Counted from the first letter of the stretch, positions 1 through 8,285 are shown. The stretch is 32,000 nt of DNA from Xanthomonas campestris pv. campestris str. ATCC 33913 (GCF_000007145.1 NC_003902.1:2366497-2398496); one strand, 5' to 3'. Translations and numbers: made by a program. The notes: generated from the sequence alone by a model not told the origin.

Positions 1-10
1 GGACGAACGT

Positions 11-1186
11 ATGCACGACGTGGATTGCATCGTGGTGGGCGCCGGCGTTGTAGGACTTGCCATTGCACGACAGCTTGCGATGCAGGGAAACGAGGTGTTG
101 ATACTCGAAGCCGCATCGGCCATTGGCACCGGCACCAGTGCGCGCAACAGCGAAGTCATACACGCCGGGGTGTATTACCCGCCCGGATCGTTGAAGGCGG
201 AGCTGTGTGTTCGCGGCAACGCATTGCTGTATGCATATTGCCGCCAACGCAATGTGCCGCATCAACGCTGCGGCAAGTTGATCATTGCTTGCGATCAGGC
301 GCAGACCGCGCAGCTGGAGGCGTTGCAGCGCAATGCAACCGACAGCGCCGCACCCGGTGTGGTGCCATTGAGTAGTGCACAGATGCAGGCGCGCGCACCT
401 GCGCTGCGCTGCGTGGCTGCGCTGGAATCCACCACCACCGGCATTATCGATAGCCATGCATTGATGCTGGCCTTGCAGGGCGATGCCGAGCGACATGGCG
501 CCACGCTGGCGTTACGCGCGCCGGTGCAGTCGATCGAACCGCTGGTTGCCGGCTTCCGCATCTGCACGGCGGGCGGCGACGCGATGGGGTTGACGTGCCG
601 CTGGTTGATCAACGCTGCCGGTCACGGTGCGCCGGCGTTGGCCGCATGCACCGAAGGCCTGCCAGCCACTGCGCGCGTGCGCGCGCACTATGCGAAGGGC
701 AGTTACTTCACTTTGGCCGGGCGGTCGCCGTTTCATAAATTGGTGTATCCGTTGCCCGAGCCAGGTGGCCTGGGTGTGCACCTGACGCTCGATCTACAGG
801 GGCGTGCACGCTTCGGCCCCGATGTGGAGTGGGTGGCGCAGCCCGACTATCACTGCGAGCCGGCGCGCGCCGAGCATTTCTATGCGGCAATCCGCCGTTA
901 CTGGCCAGCGCTGCCCGATGGCGCACTGCAACCGGGCTACTGCGGTGTGCGCCCGAAGATCAGCGGCCCCGGCGAGCCGGCCGCCGACTTCCGGATCGAT
1001 GGGCCCGCGCTGCACGGCATGGCCGGGCTGGTGAACCTGTTCGGCATCGAGTCGCCTGGCCTGACCGCTTGCCTGAGCATTGCCGAGCATGTGGCAGCGC
1101 TGCTGGGTGATGAGGCGCGGGCCGCCGCCCATGCAGGGGCTTCCAGTCAAGGTGATTCTGCGCAGGGAGGTGCCGCATGTTCCTGA
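11..1186 (+). CDS. FAD-dependent oxidoreductase, L-2-hydroxyglutarate oxidase/dehydrogenase (LhgO/YgaF)-like
   Basis: 391-aa ORF from ATG 11. N-terminal dinucleotide-binding fingerprint [12 protein letters not shown]...E. The block [24 protein letters not shown] closely resembles, from memory, the [23 protein letters not shown] block of E. coli LhgO. Strong third-position GC bias. Confidence 0.85.
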   Translation: MHDVDCIVVGAGVVGLAIARQLAMQGNEVLILEAASAIGTGTSARNSEVIHAGVYYPPGSLKAELCVRGNALLYAYCRQRNVPHQRCGKLIIACDQAQTAQLEALQRNATDSAAPGVVPLSSAQMQARAPALRCVAALESTTTGIIDSHALMLALQGDAERHGATLALRAPVQSIEPLVAGFRICTAGGDAMGLTCRWLINAAGHGAPALAACTEGLPATARVRAHYAKGSYFTLAGRSPFHKLVYPLPEPGGLGVHLTLDLQGRARFGPDVEWVAQPDYHCEPARAEHFYAAIRRYWPALPDGALQPGYCGVRPKISGPGEPAADFRIDGPALHGMAGLVNLFGIESPGLTACLSIAEHVAALLGDEARAAAHAGASSQGDSAQGGAACS

Positions 1187-1485
1187 TCCAGGTGCTGCTG
1201 CCGCTCGCCGACAACAATGGCGTGCGGTTTGAGCAGGCAATGTTCGACGAGGTCCATCACCACCTGGCCATGCGGTTTGGTGGCATCACTGCCTACACCC
1301 GGGCACCGGTGCATGGCGCGTGGCAGGAGCAGGGCGCGCAGCTGGTGCACGACGACCTGGTGATCTACGAAGTCATGGCCGATGACCTGGATCGCGGCTG
1401 GTGGCGCAGCTACCGCGCGGAGTTGGAGCAGCGCTTCCGCCAGGAACAGCTGATCGTGCGCGCGCAGGAGATCACCCTGCTCTGA
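1177..1485 (+). CDS. conserved hypothetical small protein (102 aa), function unknown
   Basis: ATG 1177 is preceded by GGGAGG (1165-1170) and overlaps the upstream gene's stop by 10 nt, which suggests translational coupling. GC3 is high. The pattern LLPL.DN.G..F....F..V...L..RFGG.TAYTRAP..G.W...DD.V.YEVM...LDR.WW..YR..LE..FRQ recalls widespread uncharacterised proteins. I cannot name a domain. Confidence 0.7.
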   Translation: MFLIQVLLPLADNNGVRFEQAMFDEVHHHLAMRFGGITAYTRAPVHGAWQEQGAQLVHDDLVIYEVMADDLDRGWWRSYRAELEQRFRQEQLIVRAQEITLL

Positions 1486-1549
1486 GCGGTGCGGATCGGC
1501 GCGTGCGTGGTAGCGCTATCCCTTTAGGGTCGGGCCGCGTGAAAGCGGG

Positions 1550-1566
1550 TGTGCAACTTTTGCACA
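1550..1566. promoter_or_regulatory. perfect 17-bp palindrome TGTGCAA-CTT-TTGCACA, candidate activator (bEBP/UAS) binding site
   Basis: 7-bp perfect inverted arms with a 3-nt spacer. Its centre lies about 73 bp upstream of the GG of the sigma-54 -24 element at 1631-1632. A 12/14-matching second copy, TCGGCAA-ATT-TTGCACA, is at 2187-2203. Confidence 0.4.
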
Positions 1567-1629
1567 GCGAGCGCAGCCGTTTTTGCCTGCATTGGTCGTC
1601 GCCACACCGAAATGCGTGGGTTTGAGGGT

Positions 1630-1645
1630 TGGCACGATAGTTGCG
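1630..1645 (+). promoter_or_regulatory. sigma-54 (RpoN) type -24/-12 promoter
   Basis: TGGCACG-ATAG-TTGC-G matches the consensus TGGCACG-N4-TTGCW at every fixed position except the last W. It is oriented toward the KGG stress gene. The -12 GC lies about 52 nt upstream of the GTG start at 1697, leaving room for the RBS. Confidence 0.55.
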
Positions 1646-1696
1646 GTACCTCCTATACCCAGTGACGTAGTCATCGACGCATCGAGAGGAGGCACA

Positions 1697-1954
1697 GTGG
1701 AGGACGGACAGAACGCAACTCGCAGCCGGCGCGGTTTTGCCGCATTGGATCCGGAGAAGCGCCGATTGTTGGCGAGCAGTGGTGGCAAGGCGGCGCATGC
1801 CAGTGGCAATGCGCACGAATTTACTAGCGACGAAGCGCGCGAAGCAGGCCGAAAGGGTGGCCAGGCCGTGAGTCGTGATCGTGACCATATGTCGCGTATC
1901 GGCAGCAAGGGCGGTCGTTCCAAGCAGGCCAAGCCCCAGGAAGAATCCGCATAA
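1697..1954 (+). CDS. KGG-repeat general stress protein (YciG-like)
   Basis: An 85-aa product if started at GTG 1697, which is preceded by GAGAGGAGG (1684-1692). Repeated motifs SGGKAAHASG / GRKGGQAV / GSKGGRS with EFTSDEAREAGRKGG are typical of the KGG stress-induced repeat family. The longer ORF from 1583 adds a non-homologous leader. Confidence 0.85.
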   Translation: MEDGQNATRSRRGFAALDPEKRRLLASSGGKAAHASGNAHEFTSDEAREAGRKGGQAVSRDRDHMSRIGSKGGRSKQAKPQEESA

Positions 1955-1958
1955 GTCA

Positions 1959-1984
1959 CCCGGCACGCAGCAATGCGTGCCGGG
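1959..1984 (+). terminator. stem-loop terminator candidate after the KGG gene
   Basis: Perfect 11-bp stem CCCGGCACGCA / TGCGTGCCGGG with loop GCAA, starting 5 nt after the stop. The downstream T-tract is weak (TCCTTGTGT). Confidence 0.5.
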
Positions 1985-2717
1985 TCCTTGTGTCAGCAAT
2001 GGAAACCGGCCCCGGTGCGCTTCGGACACGGGGCCGTTAGCGTTTGAAAAGACGCGTTTTGCCCGCACTTTCGCATTGCTGGCAGCCGCAATCGATTGCA
2101 GCTCCTGGATGCAGGCAGCGCCATGATGCGTGATGCAGTACGCTTGGGCTTGCCAACCTGTTGATGCGCAAGGCATCCATGTCGGGTCGGCAAATTTTGC
2201 ACACCGTCTCGTGCTGAGAGATCGATTGCAGGCGAATTTGTCGCAATCACTCTGGCCTCCGCAACCAACTGTGCAACGCATGCACATACCACCGAATGCC
2301 TGGCGTGGCCGTGCTTGTGACGCGCGACGAGCCCAGTGCGACGCAGTGCCCGCACAGGCAGTTGCTCTGGGCAGATGGCTGTGACGCCACTGCCCGAGAG
2401 AGTGCGGCCTGGGCCGGGTGTGGCTCTGCTAATGCAGCGCAACGGACTTGAACATGACCACCGCGGGCTTGCGCGGAAGTACTGCGCCGGGCCGCCGTGT
2501 GCGCCTGCGTCGTCAGCGACAAGCCAGTGAAGCGCGCCATCAAAAACGTGCATGTAGACACGACGCACGACCTCGCGGGTACTTGCCGCGGGCGCGCATC
2601 GACGCCTGTGCATGTAAAGCCATTGTCGACGACGCACACGCCGTTCACTCGATGCAGCCGCGCCTTTCATCGCAGCGCGGGCAGCCTGGACCCATCGTAG
2701 ACAACAGGAGACCCCGC

Positions 2718-3227
2718 ATGGCCGAACCCCGTGAAAACCTGATGGACTGGTTGCGCGACGCGCATGCAATGGAGCAGCAGGCCGAGCAGATGCTCAAGGC
2801 CCAGGCCGCGCGGATCGAGCATTACCCGAAGCTCAAGGCGCGTATCGAGCAGCACCTTGAAGAAACGCTGGGGCAGCAGCGGTTGGTTGAGGCAAGTATC
2901 GAGCGCCTGGGCGGGTCGCCGTCGGTGGTGAAGGACGCGATGGGCAAGATGGCTGCCTTTGGGCAAGCCATGGGCGGCATGACCACCTCGGACGAAATCG
3001 TCAAAGGCGCGATGGCCAGTTACGTGTTCGAGAATCTGGAAATTGCCACGTACACCGCGCTGTTGGGTGCTGCAAAGACGGTGGGGGACGTCGAAACACA
3101 GCGCATGTGCGAGCAGATCCTTCCGCAGGAAGAAGCCATGGCCAAATGGCTGCTGGAACACCTGCCCGAGCTGACCGAAGAATTCCTGGTGCGTGATGCA
3201 ACGCCCGGAGTCACCGCGAAGAAGTAA
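2718..3227 (+). CDS. ferritin-like DUF892 family stress protein (YciE/YciF-like)
   Basis: 169 aa from ATG 2718, with AGGAG at 2706-2710. The N-terminus LMDWLRDAHAMEQQAEQMLKAQA...HYP.LKARIEQHLEET..Q is the characteristic DUF892/YciE helix pattern. The upstream in-frame part of the ORF (2448-2717) is Arg-rich junk. Confidence 0.9.
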   Translation: MAEPRENLMDWLRDAHAMEQQAEQMLKAQAARIEHYPKLKARIEQHLEETLGQQRLVEASIERLGGSPSVVKDAMGKMAAFGQAMGGMTTSDEIVKGAMASYVFENLEIATYTALLGAAKTVGDVETQRMCEQILPQEEAMAKWLLEHLPELTEEFLVRDATPGVTAKK

Positions 3228-3270
3228 CTGCATCGCCTGGGGCACCAACGTGTTGGTGCTGGGTGGGAGA

Positions 3271-3304
3271 CAGGGCCCTGCATAGCGGGGCCCTGTGCGT
3301 TTTG
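3271..3304 (+). terminator. rho-independent terminator
   Basis: 8-bp GC stem CAGGGCCC / GGGCCCTG (3271-3278 / 3288-3295) followed by TGCGTTTTGG. It is preceded by a second palindrome, GCACCAAC-GT-GTTGGTGC, at 3242-3259. Confidence 0.7.
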
Positions 3305-3608
3305 GCCAATAACTTACGCATACGGGATCACGCGGCCAAGCGGTAGACGCAATACGCGGGCAATACGCGTTCCGAAATCTTCGATTGCTGCTGTTATGGA
3401 ATTCCATCTTGTTGCGGAGACAGCGCAGCGCACCACACGCATGACGCCGTACATGTGCGTCGCAATCGGCATGGTCTGTGGTCAGCAGCAGCTCGCCATC
3501 CTCGCCGCACCGCAGACCCGAATCGATACACACCTAACTCGTGTCTGCTTCCACACCCTCTAGAAGAAAGCTCGGCAATAGTGATGTGCGACAGCATGGG
3601 AGTGACCA

Positions 3609-4661
3609 GTGACGATTGAAAATAACCGCAACATCGTGGCGATCGGCGGGTCGGCAGGCGCCAGCCAGGCGCTGCGCACGCTGCTGGCAGACCTGCCGCG
3701 CGATCTTCCCGCCGCGGTGCTAGTGGTGCTGCATCTGTCGCCGCAAGGCACGGGCATCGTGGAGATGGTGCGCAGCGCAGTGCGCGGCTTGCCGGTGCAC
3801 GTGGCCAGTGATGGCATGCCCTTGGTGCCGGGTGCGGTGTATGTGGCCGTGCCGGACTCCCACCTGATGGTCGATGGCATGCACGTCGTGCTGGGGCGCG
3901 GGCCACGCGAGAACATGTCGCGGCCGTCGATCGATGCCTTGTTCCGCTCCGTTGCGGTCTCACACGGCGCACGCGCGTTGGGGGTGCTGCTGTCGGGCAT
4001 GCTCAACGATGGCTGCGCCGGCTTGGAAGCCATCCAGGCCTGCGGTGGTGCGGTGGCGGTGCAGGACCCGGACGATGCAATCGCCGACGACATGCCGCGC
4101 AACGCGCTGCGTGCGCTCACCCCGGACGTGGTGGCACCCAGTGCGGCCCTGGGTGCGGTCATCACCGATCTGGTGCGCGAACCCGCAGCCTGGCCGATCG
4201 CGCCGTCGGATGCGCTCAAGCTGGAGGTCGCGATCGCGCGCGGGCAGCCGTCCACCACCGAGGTGATGACGCAGCTGGGGGAGCCGGTGGCGCTCAGCTG
4301 CCCGGCGTGTGGTGGCGTGCTGACCAAGCTGCATACACCGGGCACGCTGCGTTTTCGTTGCCAGGTGGGTCATGGCTACACCGCGCCCGCACTGATGTCC
4401 GCGAAGGAAGGTTCGGTGGATGAGGCGCTGCGCGTGGCCTTGCGCGTGATCGAAGAACGCGCCGAATTGGTGAGCCGGATGGCCGGGGACGACCGCGCTC
4501 ACCAGCCATCGGTCGCTTCGCTGTATGCCGCGCGTGCCAAGGAATACCGCGGCTATGCGGATGTGTTGCGCAGCGCCTTGTTGACCTCACTGCAGCGCCC
4601 GGTCGAACACGGCGCGCTTGTCGAAGACGGCGCGTTGCTGACGCAGGAAGATCAGCATTAA
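3609..4661 (+). CDS. CheB-type protein-glutamate methylesterase domain protein lacking a receiver domain, with a C-terminal zinc-ribbon-like domain
   Basis: 350 aa. GTG 3609 has GGGAG 6 nt upstream. Catalytic-domain motifs are present: IGGSAGAS (Ser), VVLHLSPQ (His), LLSGMLNDG (Asp). There is no N-terminal REC domain. The C-terminal roughly 130 aa carry CPAC-x16-CQVGH plus a helical tail. Confidence 0.85.
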   Translation: MTIENNRNIVAIGGSAGASQALRTLLADLPRDLPAAVLVVLHLSPQGTGIVEMVRSAVRGLPVHVASDGMPLVPGAVYVAVPDSHLMVDGMHVVLGRGPRENMSRPSIDALFRSVAVSHGARALGVLLSGMLNDGCAGLEAIQACGGAVAVQDPDDAIADDMPRNALRALTPDVVAPSAALGAVITDLVREPAAWPIAPSDALKLEVAIARGQPSTTEVMTQLGEPVALSCPACGGVLTKLHTPGTLRFRCQVGHGYTAPALMSAKEGSVDEALRVALRVIEERAELVSRMAGDDRAHQPSVASLYAARAKEYRGYADVLRSALLTSLQRPVEHGALVEDGALLTQEDQH

Positions 4662-4798
4662 GCAACGCGAGTCATGCCAACAGGCGCGGCCAGCCGTCAC
4701 CTTGGCCTTCGCCTCACTATTGGTCCACCCGCGCCGGTGGGTTCCGCAGAGACATGCGAGCGCTTACGCTTGTCGGTCTTCCTGCACTGGACCCGGCA

Positions 4799-5719
4799 AT
4801 GACAGAGCAAACGCGGTATCCCATCGGCAGCCCCGGCCAGGCCTGGGGCGAGACAGAACGTGCGCAGTGGCGTGCGCGGCAAGTCCGCCGCCGGGTCTAT
4901 GCAGATGACGTGCTGCAGCCGGTCGCCGCACTCGCCGGTGCATTCGAGTGCACGCAGTACGGCGTTATCGGGCAGGGCGCGGACACGTATCCACTGATGG
5001 CACTGCGTACCCCGCACTGGGATGCCGCCTTGCCATGGGCGCTGGTCACCGGTGGCGTGCATGGCTATGAAACCAGTGGCGTACTGGGCGCACTGCAATT
5101 CCTGCAGGAGCGCGCAGCAGCGTATGCAGGGCGCATCAATCTGCTGGTCGCTCCCTGCGTCAACCCGTGGGGCTATGAGCGCATCCAGCGCTGGAATGCC
5201 GAGGCGATCGATCCCAATCGCGCCTTCCGGCCCAACAGCCCTGCGGCGGAATCGGCAGCGCTCATGCAGCTGGTGACCACCGTCACCGGTACGACGTTGC
5301 TGCACATCGATCTGCACGAAACCACCGACAGTGACGAGACCGAGTTCCGCCCGGCGTTGGCCGCGCGCGATGGCGTGCCGTTCGTGCCCGGCAGCATCCC
5401 GGACGGCTTCTATCTGGTGGGTGACAGCGACGACCCGCAGCCGGCATTTCAGCAGGCGGTGATTGCAGCGGTGGCACAGGTGACCCATATCGCGCCAGCC
5501 GATGCACAGGGCGAGATCATCGGCGCGCCGGTGGTGGGCGAGGGCGTGATCAACTACCCGGTGCGCCGGCTCGGCTTGTGCGCCGGTGTCACCGAGGCGC
5601 GCTATCGCACCACCACCGAGGTGTACCCGGACAGCCCGCGTACGACGCCGGCGCAGTGCAACCTGGCCCAGGTGGTGGCGATCTGCGCCGCGCTGGATTG
5701 TGCGTTGGCCAACACCTGA
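4799..5719 (+). CDS. M14-family zinc metallopeptidase (carboxypeptidase / succinylglutamate-desuccinylase-like fold)
   Basis: Contains VTGGVHGYETSG (HxxE zinc ligands) and LLHIDLHETTD (third His). No signal peptide. The start is uncertain, either ATG 4799 (MTEQTRYPIG) or ATG 4754, and neither has a strong RBS. Confidence 0.8.
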   Translation: MTEQTRYPIGSPGQAWGETERAQWRARQVRRRVYADDVLQPVAALAGAFECTQYGVIGQGADTYPLMALRTPHWDAALPWALVTGGVHGYETSGVLGALQFLQERAAAYAGRINLLVAPCVNPWGYERIQRWNAEAIDPNRAFRPNSPAAESAALMQLVTTVTGTTLLHIDLHETTDSDETEFRPALAARDGVPFVPGSIPDGFYLVGDSDDPQPAFQQAVIAAVAQVTHIAPADAQGEIIGAPVVGEGVINYPVRRLGLCAGVTEARYRTTTEVYPDSPRTTPAQCNLAQVVAICAALDCALANT

Positions 5720-5787
5720 TGCGGCATCACCAGGCCGTGCACATTGCGCGGCCAACGGAATATGCGCGCGGCGCTGATGCACAGCGG

Positions 5788-7566
5788 TTACGGCAGGCCT
5801 GCCGCGGTGCTCGCCTGCGCCACGTAGGCTGGCACCAACCCGGCTTCCATCGGCCTGGCCAACAGAAAGCCTTGCGCCTCGTCGCAGCCCCAACTCCGTA
5901 GCAGCGCAATTTCGTCGGCGTGCTCGATGCCTTCGGCCACGGTGCGATAGCCGAGTGCGCTGGCCAGCCGCACGACGGCTTCTGCACGCAGCTGCATGCC
6001 GGATTGATCGGCGATGCCGGTCACCAGCGAGCGATCGAGCTTGAGCACATTGACGGGGAGCTCGGTCAGGTAGCCGAAGTTGCTGTAGCCGGTGCCAAAA
6101 TCATCGATCGCGACGCTGACGCCGGCGTCGCGCAGGGCACGCAAGCGTGGCAAGGCCTGCACATTGCTGCGCAACCAGCGGCCTTCGGTGATTTCCAGCT
6201 CGATCCGTTCGGTAGGAATGCCCAGGGCCTGGCAGCGGTCGATCACGTCCGAGGCCAGATTGACGTTGCCGAAGTCGCGCGAGGACAGATTGATCGATAG
6301 CGAAAAATCCAGGCCGCCAGCGCGCCACGCGGCCAGTTGCCGGAGTGCATGGTCGATCACCCATTCGGTAACCGTGCACATCAGCGCGGTTTTTTCGAAC
6401 AAGGGAATGAATTCATCGGGCCCGATCGCGCCCAACGTTGCGTGCTTCCAGCGCAGCAGGGCCTCGAAGCCGGTCACCGACAGGTCCAGCAGGTTGATGC
6501 GTGGCTGGAACACCAGGCGAAAATCGCCTGCCTCCAATGCCGCTTCTGCATCCAGTGCCAGACGATACGAGCGCTGGATGGCGTCGTCGTGCGCCGCGCT
6601 ATACCAGCACAGGATCGCGTGGTGGCTCACCGCATCGCCCAAAGCAACGAGCCCTTTGCGCATCACATCGCCGGTGTCGGGCTGACGCGGCAGGAACTTC
6701 ACCACGCCGGCATGGAAGGTCAGCGACATCGGGATGCCAGCCGCATCCACCGGCGCGTGCAGCATGTCGCGCAGATCCAGCAGCAGGTCTTCCATTTCAT
6801 CGGCGGCAGAATTCAGCAGGAAGAAGGCAAACCGCATCGGTGCCACGTGATACACGGTGGCCTTGCCGCGCAGTGCGCGCGTCAGTACGTAGCTGGCATG
6901 GCGAACGAGCTCTTCAATGGGCTGCATGCCCAGCGCCTGCCGCGCCTCGTTGGCCGCATGCGTGTCGTAGATCTCGATGAAGGCCGCCAGCACCGGCATG
7001 GCGTGGTTGCCGTAGGCGAGCGTGTCCAGGTCGGCCTGCAACTGGCGGGCGTTATGCAGGCCGCTATGCGGCTCGCGGCGGCCGGCACCGAACTGCAGCT
7101 CCAGTTGTGCGGCCGCCACATTGGCGAACATGCGCAATTGCTGGCGCTCCTGCACGTCCAGGCGCCGTTCGTAGGCATCCAGAACGCACAAGGTGCCGTA
7201 GACGCCTGTCTGCGGTGCACCAATGGGAACACAGGCGGCAAAGCGTGCGGGCTCGGCGGTCGCTGTCTCACCGAGCCGGACTGCAGGCAGCACCGCCACG
7301 GCAAGTGCCTCATGCTCAGCGTCGTGCGTGCCGTTGTCTTCAAAGGCCGCCACGGTCTGCATGGCCTGGTCCGGTGCAATGCCATGCGCCGCCAACACAC
7401 GCCGCCGCCCGGATTCGGTAATCGTCAGCGCGGCAGCGGCAGCACCCAGCGAATGGCATACCAAACGTGCAATTTGATCGAGAGGCTCCATGCCGGCCAG
7501 GTCGGTCGGTGTATCGCGCCACTCCAGATGCCGCTGCTGTCCCTGTTCGTCTGACGAACGCGTCAT
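5788..7566 (-). CDS. GAF / degenerate GGDEF / EAL domain protein (putative c-di-GMP phosphodiesterase)
   Basis: 592 aa from ATG 7566, with GGAG 9 nt upstream. N-terminal GAF-like region. In the middle GGDEF-like domain the signature is replaced by PMRFA. The C-terminal EAL domain has EALLRW, DDFGTGYS, EGIE and QGF motifs intact. Confidence 0.9.
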   Translation of the reverse strand: MTRSSDEQGQQRHLEWRDTPTDLAGMEPLDQIARLVCHSLGAAAAALTITESGRRRVLAAHGIAPDQAMQTVAAFEDNGTHDAEHEALAVAVLPAVRLGETATAEPARFAACVPIGAPQTGVYGTLCVLDAYERRLDVQERQQLRMFANVAAAQLELQFGAGRREPHSGLHNARQLQADLDTLAYGNHAMPVLAAFIEIYDTHAANEARQALGMQPIEELVRHASYVLTRALRGKATVYHVAPMRFAFFLLNSAADEMEDLLLDLRDMLHAPVDAAGIPMSLTFHAGVVKFLPRQPDTGDVMRKGLVALGDAVSHHAILCWYSAAHDDAIQRSYRLALDAEAALEAGDFRLVFQPRINLLDLSVTGFEALLRWKHATLGAIGPDEFIPLFEKTALMCTVTEWVIDHALRQLAAWRAGGLDFSLSINLSSRDFGNVNLASDVIDRCQALGIPTERIELEITEGRWLRSNVQALPRLRALRDAGVSVAIDDFGTGYSNFGYLTELPVNVLKLDRSLVTGIADQSGMQLRAEAVVRLASALGYRTVAEGIEHADEIALLRSWGCDEAQGFLLARPMEAGLVPAYVAQASTAAGLP

Positions 7567-8285
7567 GCCATTGAGCTCCGTGGTGAAGATCACACTATCG
7601 CGTGATCGATATCAAAGGGAAGTGCTGATTCAGCCTTTGGGGTTCTGTAGCGAGGCGTGCATTCCATTGTCTCGAGACACGATGAGGCATTTTTTCCGCG
7701 CGACGAAAAAAGGCTGCTTATCCAATCAGTGGTCTTGGCGGCAGAGGTCGTTTAATTGGTGTACCGGATTTTGTATATGAAATTTCATCTGATTTCATTT
7801 CATTCGCTCCTCTCGGAATTGGCGCATTAACTTGATGCGGTGCCGCAAAGCTGATGCGTGCGTGCAGTGCCGGAAATTTGACGCGGACCACTGTGTGGCT
7901 TGCAGCATCAGCCAAACCCATCCGCTGGAGTTCCTTTTAAATCGGGCACTGTGTCGTTCGCATTAACCAGGCAGGTCCGTAACGCTCGCCGCGACTGCAC
8001 CTGATGTTGAATTTAATACTGCAAACGACCGCGAGCATACCGTTCGACATTTTCCAGTTCTGTCGCGCAAGTATTTATGGTTAGTGATACTTCGCACACT
8101 TTGTGTATAACGATTCGTTTATTAATCGCTCAGAACATTCGGCGGGATTGGTATTCATCGTACTCATCCAGGGGTTAATCGAGCGCTGCCATAAGGCCGG
8201 CGTTTGATCCAAACATTTTTTGAAACGTCATCCAGGCGCGCATTTGCGTGCGCGCCGATCTTTGCTTGTAACTCAGGAGAAACAT
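7567..8285. promoter_or_regulatory. 719-bp AT-richer divergent intergenic region (promoters of the EAL gene and the giant autotransporter gene)
   Basis: Visibly lower GC than the flanks and dense in stop codons in all frames. Contains the palindrome ATGAAATTTCAT (7777-7788) followed by ATTTCAT/TTTCAT repeats (7792-7803). The 9-mer CGCATTAAC occurs twice (7823-7831, 7959-7967). A weak extended -10-like TGTGTATAAC lies at about 8102-8111. Confidence 0.5.
8235..8256 (+). promoter_or_regulatory. GC-rich inverted repeat in the probable 5' UTR of the autotransporter gene
   Basis: GGCGCGCA-TTTGCG-TGCGCGCC, with perfect 8-bp arms. It ends 18 nt upstream of the RBS (AGGAGA 8275-8280) and 30 nt upstream of ATG 8286. 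Confidence 0.35.

Noticed and set aside
2301-2316. TGGCGT-GGCCG-TGCT sigma-54-like string downstream of the second palindrome.
   Set aside because: The GG to GC spacing is one nucleotide short (N9). It also lies about 400 nt from the next start codon.
2448-2717. 90-aa N-terminal extension of the YciE-like ORF, and similarly 1583-1696 for the KGG ORF.
   Set aside because: The extensions are basic low-complexity sequence. The internal starts (ATG 2718, GTG 1697) have strong RBSs and coincide with the start of family homology.
3396-3539. 47-aa ORF (MEFHLVAETAQRTTRMTPYMCVAIG...) in the gap before the CheB-like gene.
   Set aside because: It has only moderate GC3, no RBS and no recognisable features. 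The evidence is insufficient.
4697-5893. Antisense shadow ORFs of 260-405 aa opposite real genes: 4697-5893, 6337-7554, 3560-4345, 26793-27941, 29086-29922, 29639-30475 and 31197-31988.
   Set aside because: Each overlaps a gene with clear family motifs on the other strand. Their translations are compositionally biased (R/A/G/P) with no recognisable domains.
7690-7711. TTTTTTC-N8-GAAAAAA hairpin as a possible terminator.
   Set aside because: The stem is pure A/T, so stability is low. There is no upstream gene end that needs it, because the EAL gene is transcribed away from it. It is noted only as a motif.
8220-8285. Upstream in-frame start (MKRHPGAHLRARRSLLVTQEKH...) given by the ORF track for the giant gene.
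   Set aside because: ATG 8286 has a well-placed AGGAGA RBS. It yields the canonical ESPR opening MNRAFALVWN. The upstream extension contains the 8235-8256 stem-loop and has no homology.
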